This document shows, in pieces, positions 34,959 through 40,101 of a stretch of DNA of 40,101 nt. Each line of letters begins with the position of its first letter. Within the stretch, counting starts at the first letter, position 1. Both the position numbers and the translations under genes were made by a program. Source of the DNA: Flavobacteriales bacterium (GTDB lineage Bacteria > Bacteroidota > Bacteroidia > Palsa-965); the NCBI GenBank assembly GCA_040377305.1, contig JBEIPA010000040.1, forward strand, positions 1-40,101, in the 5' to 3' direction. The notes under the pieces were generated by a model, which was given only the letters and a program-made list of their open reading frames with translations, had not been told where the DNA came from and did not search any database.

Positions 34959-35140
34959 CTTCGTATCTGTTTTAATTAAAGATACGCTGAACAGTCTGCT
35001 TTTGTTCTGATTGCTGTCTCCGCGTTATTAACATCACAGAAATTCGAGGAAAAACGCCGCTATTCTTGTGCAATTTGGATTTATTTAGCTGTTGACTTTG
35101 ATATTAATCAGGGTAATTTTAATGAACTAATATTTCAAAT

Positions 35141-36031
35141 GTGAATCAGGAAACAAAAGATATAGGGGACCCTACTGTAGAATTTAATAAGCTGACCAAA
35201 CGATTTCAATCATTGCATGACCGATTTCTCGCAATTGCCATGGATTACAAACACTATATCCATGATGAGATAAATGACCATGAAATTTACAATTTGAGAG
35301 ATAATGTCTTGTATCGATTGTATAGTGCGCGATTTCATTTTCAACTTTTACTAGAACACCATGGCCGAGTCGAATTAAGATTTCAGGAATTATATAGCAG
35401 GAATCCTTCCGAAATATTTCAAGGTGGATTCGAAGTATCCGGAATTTAGGACCAATCCATTAAGGAGATTTATTCCCTGTTTGATAGCATGGTTTACCAT
35501 TTGTGTTCGATTTACGATTATCTATGTCGCTTAATTAACTTTTGCCATGGAAAGGAGATACTCGATAACCCCAAATGGAACATACTTATTCAGAAAAAGA
35601 ATGTCCGGGACAGTTGTTTCTGCAGTGCAGAGTTAATTCCCAAACTCCAAAAAATCGATGCTGAATTCGTTTATCCATTAATACATCATCGCTCTCAGCT
35701 GATACACACTCAAAAGGATACTGGGGACTTCGTTCTAAACTTCAATGTGGGTGGAGATAAGTTCTCTTCCCGTTTTCGAGCAACTAAAATGTTTAAGGAG
35801 AATTTTCCTGAAATTACCATTGGAAATGAAGGTCAAGAATTGAGTATTAAGTTCGCCGCATTGTGGTTAATAGACAAAACGTTAAAAACCACCACGGACG
35901 TTCTCTTTGAGTTGAGCGACGACATGAAAAAGAATAAGAAAATTGAACATGGAATGTTTGTTCTATTGGGACCAGGAAATACGATTTTACCAGCTTCAGG
36001 TCCAATGTGGGGTGATAGAAACGTCACTTAA
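35141..36031 (+). pseudogene. Cthe_2314-like HEPN-domain gene interrupted by one in-frame TAG (35447-35449)
   Basis: The ORFs at 35141 and 35489 share a frame with 13 sense codons between the stop and the ATG; FDSMVYHLCSIYDYL..LIN and an RSQLIH (RxxxxH) motif. Confidence 0.7.
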
Positions 36032-36043
36032 CAACATACTGTG

Positions 36044-36436
36044 TTACCGTCGGAAAGCAACATTATACTCTTCGAGAGTTTCGTTTACCCGATACCTTGG
36101 CATTCGAAATCCATCCAACAATTCTGATTCGCGCCGAATTCTTTCATTCTCAATAATGTATTTCAGCATGTGAACACGATGCTGGTTTATATACAACAGA
36201 AGATAGATTTCATTTCGCGGCATATGTTGAGCGTGGAGGACTTTTATCCATTCATAATATCGTTCTCTGGAGTAGTACGAATACTTCGCATTCTGTCCGA
36301 GCTGCCATAAAAAGCCATAGTAACCGCAACTCTCATGAATAACAACTGCCGCTGGAATTATCCCAATCGCATGATTAAATTCACCAATAGCGTAATCTAG
36401 GTAACGCTGAAGTCTCACTTCGTACATCATCTGCAT
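36044..36436 (-). CDS. Hypothetical protein
   Basis: 130-aa Tyr-rich ORF; no family recognised. Confidence 0.5.
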   Translation of the reverse strand: MQMMYEVRLQRYLDYAIGEFNHAIGIIPAAVVIHESCGYYGFLWQLGQNAKYSYYSRERYYEWIKVLHAQHMPRNEIYLLLYINQHRVHMLKYIIENERIRRESELLDGFRMPRYRVNETLEEYNVAFRR

Positions 36437-36629
36437 GGCCGTGAATGTACCCTTCGATGAAAGCCGATGTCAAGCCTTTTAACAGCTAGCTAAGTTTCTT
36501 AGTCGAGCTATAACATTATTCCCTTACGTTCATTCATTTTAGGGTGTTCATCCTTATGTGTTCATTCATATGAAGTCCTTGGAATGTTAGAGAATTCGAT
36601 TTTACTTTGATTTTCTAAAAACAAACTCA

Positions 36630-36884
36630 ATGAATCATTCCAATTTTATTCCATACCACAATCGTCACATTCAATTCAGCGTAAACAACGGACCAGTCCA
36701 ATCTGGTGTAGTTGTAGATATGGCTCAGTTCAGAACAGACGGTGTCATGACTACTGAGTATACATTTATACCAACGGGGAACATGATTGAATTTAAAAAG
36801 ACATCTGACCCTGAAAAACGAAAGTCGCTTTCTGGTAAAGTTGATATTGCTCAGATAACCTGGGTGGAGCCGTTGAACTGGTAA
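36630..36884 (+). CDS. Hypothetical small protein
   Basis: 84-aa ATG ORF after a TACTTTG-type box and an A-rich leader. Confidence 0.6.
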   Translation: MNHSNFIPYHNRHIQFSVNNGPVQSGVVVDMAQFRTDGVMTTEYTFIPTGNMIEFKKTSDPEKRKSLSGKVDIAQITWVEPLNW

Positions 36885-36902
36885 TTACCCTTCAACTGAA
36901 AT

Positions 36903-37298
36903 ATGAATAAAAACTTTAAGCATCAAAATAGTAACAAGATGAATGTTCATTTAGAAATAGAGCAAATTTCTGAATTGAAATGGATAGGTAAAATAGGTAA
37001 TAGCCTTGTGTGCGAATTTGAATATTTCAAGGACGAGACGGGAAGAATATGGATGAATGATATTGGAACTCACCAAGTCAAAAAAAAAGGCTACGGAACT
37101 CCAATGGTAATTCGAGCTTTGGAAGTGTATAAAATCGTATACGTTTCAACCGCTACGCAACGCGATATTAAAGAAAGGGACTTACCAGATGATGGCCGAT
37201 ATTCGAATGAGCCTGATTTTTGGATATTTATCAAGAAGTGTGTTGATAGAGGAATATTGAAACCTGAGTGGATAAAACATCCTTTTAAGAATGATTAA
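36903..37298 (+). CDS. GNAT-like acetyltransferase-fold hypothetical protein
   Basis: IWMNDIGT..VKKKGYGTPMV resembles the acetyl-CoA-binding motif A. Confidence 0.5.
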   Translation: MNKNFKHQNSNKMNVHLEIEQISELKWIGKIGNSLVCEFEYFKDETGRIWMNDIGTHQVKKKGYGTPMVIRALEVYKIVYVSTATQRDIKERDLPDDGRYSNEPDFWIFIKKCVDRGILKPEWIKHPFKND

Positions 37299-37309
37299 TT
37301 AGGTGTACG

Positions 37310-37564
37310 TCACCGAGTGTTTTGGGTGCGTTTCAGGGATAATCCCCCGAAATCGATGGGTTTAAAATTTGGATTGTTCATTTGTTCCCAAATTCCGCAG
37401 AATTCAATGGCGTTTCTTGTTCTTAGCCAGTTTTGAATGATATAGTCGCTTCGTTCTTTATCTCTGAAACGAGCCATGTCAGTAAGGGAGATAAAGTCTT
37501 GTTTGTTTTTGTCAACGACAACAATTTCAATCTCTCCAATCTTTAAATTCTTCTTCGTTTTCAT
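37310..37564 (-). pseudogene. Truncated KilA-N domain DNA-binding protein
   Basis: DFISLTDMAR...IIQNWLRTRNAIEF.GIWE..NNPNFKPIDF matches the N-terminus of a normally much longer family; the ORF ends after 84 aa. Confidence 0.75.
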
Positions 37565-37700
37565 AAGCGTTCATCTAAGTTGATTCGCGCAAATTACTTC
37601 GCCTAAAAACCAGATGCTTAGAAAACTACATTTCTTAGTCTTATCCGTTTTTAAACGTTTGCTACCGACTAGTACCGAGAAATTGTGGTACGCGCGCGCA

Positions 37701-37755
37701 TAACCCTGCTCCGAAGGAGCTCCTTTGCAGCAGGAGTTAAACGCTTGCAGGGTTA
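37701..37755. repeat. REP-like palindrome with a nested second palindrome
   Basis: TAACCCTGC (37701-37709)/GCAGGGTTA (37747-37755) enclose GCTCCGAAGGAGCTCCTTTGCAGC. Confidence 0.7.
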
Positions 37756-37871
37756 ATACATCCCCCAGAAATCCCCCAATTCCTCCAAATTCCCCACCTT
37801 TTCAGCCTACATTTTATCTAAATTTGTCCCGTTCATTCCAATGAACCTCTTAACTCAAAAACTCTCTCTTT

Positions 37872-39259
37872 ATGTCATATGATGTAGTAATTATCGGCAG
37901 CGGTCCTGGTGGATATGTAACCGCAATCCGAGCTTCACAACTCGGGTTGAAAACTGCCGTAATTGAAAAAGCTGAACTCGGTGGAATTTGTCTGAACTGG
38001 GGATGTATTCCAACCAAAGCATTGCTCAAGAGCGCACAAGTATTTGAATACCTGAAGCACGCGGGTGACTACGGAATTCAGGCGGGAGATGCGAAAGCAG
38101 ATTTCGGTGCAGTTGTAAAACGTAGCCGCGATGTTGCTGGTGGAATGAGCAAAGGCGTTCAATTCCTTATGAAGAAAAATAAGATCGATGTTATTGCAGG
38201 AACTGGAAAAGTGAAGCCGGGCAAGAAAGTGAAGTGACTGGTGCTGATGGAAAAACCCAAATGATTGAAGGGAAACACATCATCATTGCAACTGGTGCAC
38301 GTTCACGTGAGCTTCCTAATCTGAAGCAAGACGGAAAGAAAGTTATCGGATATCGTGAGGCAATGACTCTTCCTTCGCAGCCAAAGTCAATGGTTGTGGT
38401 TGGTTCAGGTGCAATCGGTGTTGAGTTCGCTTACTTCTATGCGTCGATGGGAACGAAAGTTACAATCGTGGAATTCCTTCCGAATGTTGTTCCGGTAGAA
38501 GACGAGGAAGTTTCAAAACAACTCGAACGTTCATTCAAGAAAATCGGAATTGACATCATGACCGAAGCTTCTGTTGAATCGGTTGATGCTTCTGGTACTG
38601 GATGCAAAGTGAAAATCAAATCAGCAAAAGGCGAATCAACAATTGAAGCGGATATTGTTCTGTCAGCTGTGGGAATCACGCCGAACATTGAAAATATCGG
38701 ACTTGAAGACGTTGGAATTGCAACCGACAAAGGAAGAATCCTCGTTGGAAAATATTACGAGACAAACATCCCGGGCTATTATGCCATTGGTGATGTTCTT
38801 CCAACACAAGCTCTCGCTCACGTTGCATCTGCAGAAGGAATTACCTGCGTAGAGAAAATCGCAGGCATGCATGTTGAAGCAATCGACTATAACAACATTC
38901 CGGGATGTACGTATTGCCAACCGGAAATTGCTTCTGTTGGTTACACAGAAAAGAAAGCAAAAGAAGCTGGCTTTGAAATCAAAGTCGGAAAGTTTCCATT
39001 CTCTGCATCGGGGAAAGCGAAAGCTGGAGGAAATTCAGACGGATTCATCAAACTTATTTTCGACGCAAAATATGGCGAACTACTCGGTGCGCACATGATT
39101 GGGGCAAACGTTACGGAGATGATTGCTGAAATTGTTGTAGCTCGTAAACTCGAAACAACAGGACACGAAATGATCAAGTCTGTTCACCCGCATCCAACAA
39201 TGAGTGAAGCAATCATGGAAGCTGCCGCAGCTGCTTATGGTGAAGTGATTCACTTGTAA
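37872..39259 (+). CDS. lpdA: Dihydrolipoyl dehydrogenase, split by a 1-bp frameshift near 38230
   Basis: [36 protein letters not shown]; the two ORFs join if one base is added at AAA GT- GAA GTG. Confidence 0.95.
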
Positions 39260-39275
39260 AAACCCAATTCTGAAA

Positions 39276-39313
39276 ATTAAAAAAGGGAATCAGAAATGGT
39301 TCCCTTTTTTAAT
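39276..39313. terminator. Bidirectional intrinsic terminator
   Basis: ATTAAAAAAGGGAA...TTCCCTTTTTTAAT between convergent genes. Confidence 0.85.
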
Positions 39314-39339
39314 GTCATTTCCGTCCGCAAAGAGCATTC

Positions 39340-40101
39340 TCAATGGGCGACTACTATCATTTTCGTATCCGTCACACCGTCTCTCGTCACCTGTACGTTA
39401 TAAACTCCATTTGGCAATCCTGAAAGATCAAGTTGGATTCTCTTGGTAAAACCCTGATCGGTCTGTAAAACATTCCCTCCCATATCCGACACTTTCCAGT
39501 AATAGTTGTCAGCGACATTCAACTCAATAGTGGTTTCACCTGCAGTTGGATTCGGATACATTTTTACAAAGAAAGGTTCCAATTTAGCGGCTTGCAGTGG
39601 ATCCCGTAAGGCAATTTCCGTTGTGATGATGATCGGATAAAAATTCATGTGCACTCCATTCTCTTTCGATTTAGTCACAACATCTTCCAATGTATTTTTC
39701 GATTTGGGACCAACCAGTGCGGGCGCATCTCCAATTAATAAAATCATTTTCGGCGACTCCTTTCTCCACGACATGGTGTCGAGTGTGAGACAAGCACCAT
39801 CGTAAACCGACTCTGCCCAATCAAGGCTTCCGCAACAAGGATGTATTGCATTTACGAAGTCAATCACCGAATCGAAGTTTGTAGTCAGCTGGAAATAATC
39901 AAACGACGGCGCACCCGGATCCGCAACATCGCGATAGATGGCAATACCTACGCGCACATTCTCACGCAAGCGAACGTGTTCAATAATTGTTACCACTCCG
40001 CTCTTCACATTAGCGATGTCGTCCATCATACTCGCCGTTGCGTCAATCAGAAATATGAGATCGGTATTATCTACTAAGTGAGTGTCGAGAACGCCAATGC
40101 A
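39340..40101 (-). CDS. VWA-domain T9SS type-A cargo protein (5' end lies outside the window)
   Basis: The frame is open to the window edge; MIDAS-like DLIFLIDATASM, VGIAIYRD, LIGDAP; CTD MYPNP...LPNGVY...KMIVVAH. Confidence 0.88.
   Translation of the reverse strand, partial: CIGVLDTHLVDNTDLIFLIDATASMMDDIANVKSGVVTIIEHVRLRENVRVGIAIYRDVADPGAPSFDYFQLTTNFDSVIDFVNAIHPCCGSLDWAESVYDGACLTLDTMSWRKESPKMILLIGDAPALVGPKSKNTLEDVVTKSKENGVHMNFYPIIITTEIALRDPLQAAKLEPFFVKMYPNPTAGETTIELNVADNYYWKVSDMGGNVLQTDQGFTKRIQLDLSGLPNGVYNVQVTRDGVTDTKMIVVAH

Larger units (their letters stand above)
31160..37700. other. AT-richer accessory islet of orphan/defence-like genes between pyrC and lpdA
   Basis: Visibly lower GC, frequent ATA/AGA/TTA/CTA codons, short mixed-orientation ORFs and two disrupted genes; no integrase seen. 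Confidence 0.7.

Noticed and set aside
31160-37700. Integron cassette array or prophage
   Set aside because: No integrase, no recurring attC-like sites, mixed gene orientation, and no phage structural genes.
38223-38237. Programmed ribosomal frameshift in lpdA
   Set aside because: No X XXY YYZ slippery site or obvious stimulatory structure, and I know of no precedent; an indel error is more parsimonious.
835-40077. Numerous short ORF-track entries antisense to or overlapping the called genes (for example 835-1092, 2264-2665, 9121-9579, 17153-17662)
   Set aside because: They are shadow ORFs of well-supported genes or run through repeat elements, and show no recognisable motifs.

Overview
A Bacteroidota chromosomal window, judged from TAnnTTTG -7 promoter boxes, three T9SS type-A cargo proteins, a GldN-like gene, TIGR02757 and a BatA-domain gene. 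No rRNA, tRNA, CRISPR array, integrase or reverse transcriptase is visible. From 1 to 10 kb there are small accessory genes separated by an unusually dense set of palindromic REP/REPIN-like elements, including a 159-bp tandem repeat and an IS200-type Y1 transposase (RAYT-like, no tnpB) bracketed by 29-bp inverted repeats. From 10 to 31 kb the genes are envelope and housekeeping types: T9SS cargo, an alpha/beta hydrolase, an MFS transporter, a four-helix-bundle gene inside inverted 8-bp-periodic repeat arrays, two putative outer-membrane proteins divergent from a BetR-like HTH regulator with a perfect palindrome between them, TIGR02757, a VPS10/BNR protein, a MORN-GldN fusion, a BatA/VWA protein, and a dihydroorotase homologue missing most metal ligands. 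From about 31.2 to 37.7 kb is an AT-richer islet of orphan or defence-like genes (PD-(D/E)xK nuclease-like, HEPN-like gene with an in-frame amber stop, GNAT-like, truncated KilA-N). The window ends with a frameshifted lpdA and a partial VWA-T9SS gene. The most novel-looking signals are non-coding: short palindromes apparently inserted inside REP elements, periodic repeat arrays around the four-helix-bundle gene with a cargo-less look-alike, and two candidate structured RNAs. Also notable are two paralogous 25-aa-repeat proteins flanking a CPBP protease. All family calls come from motif recognition by eye, not database searches.
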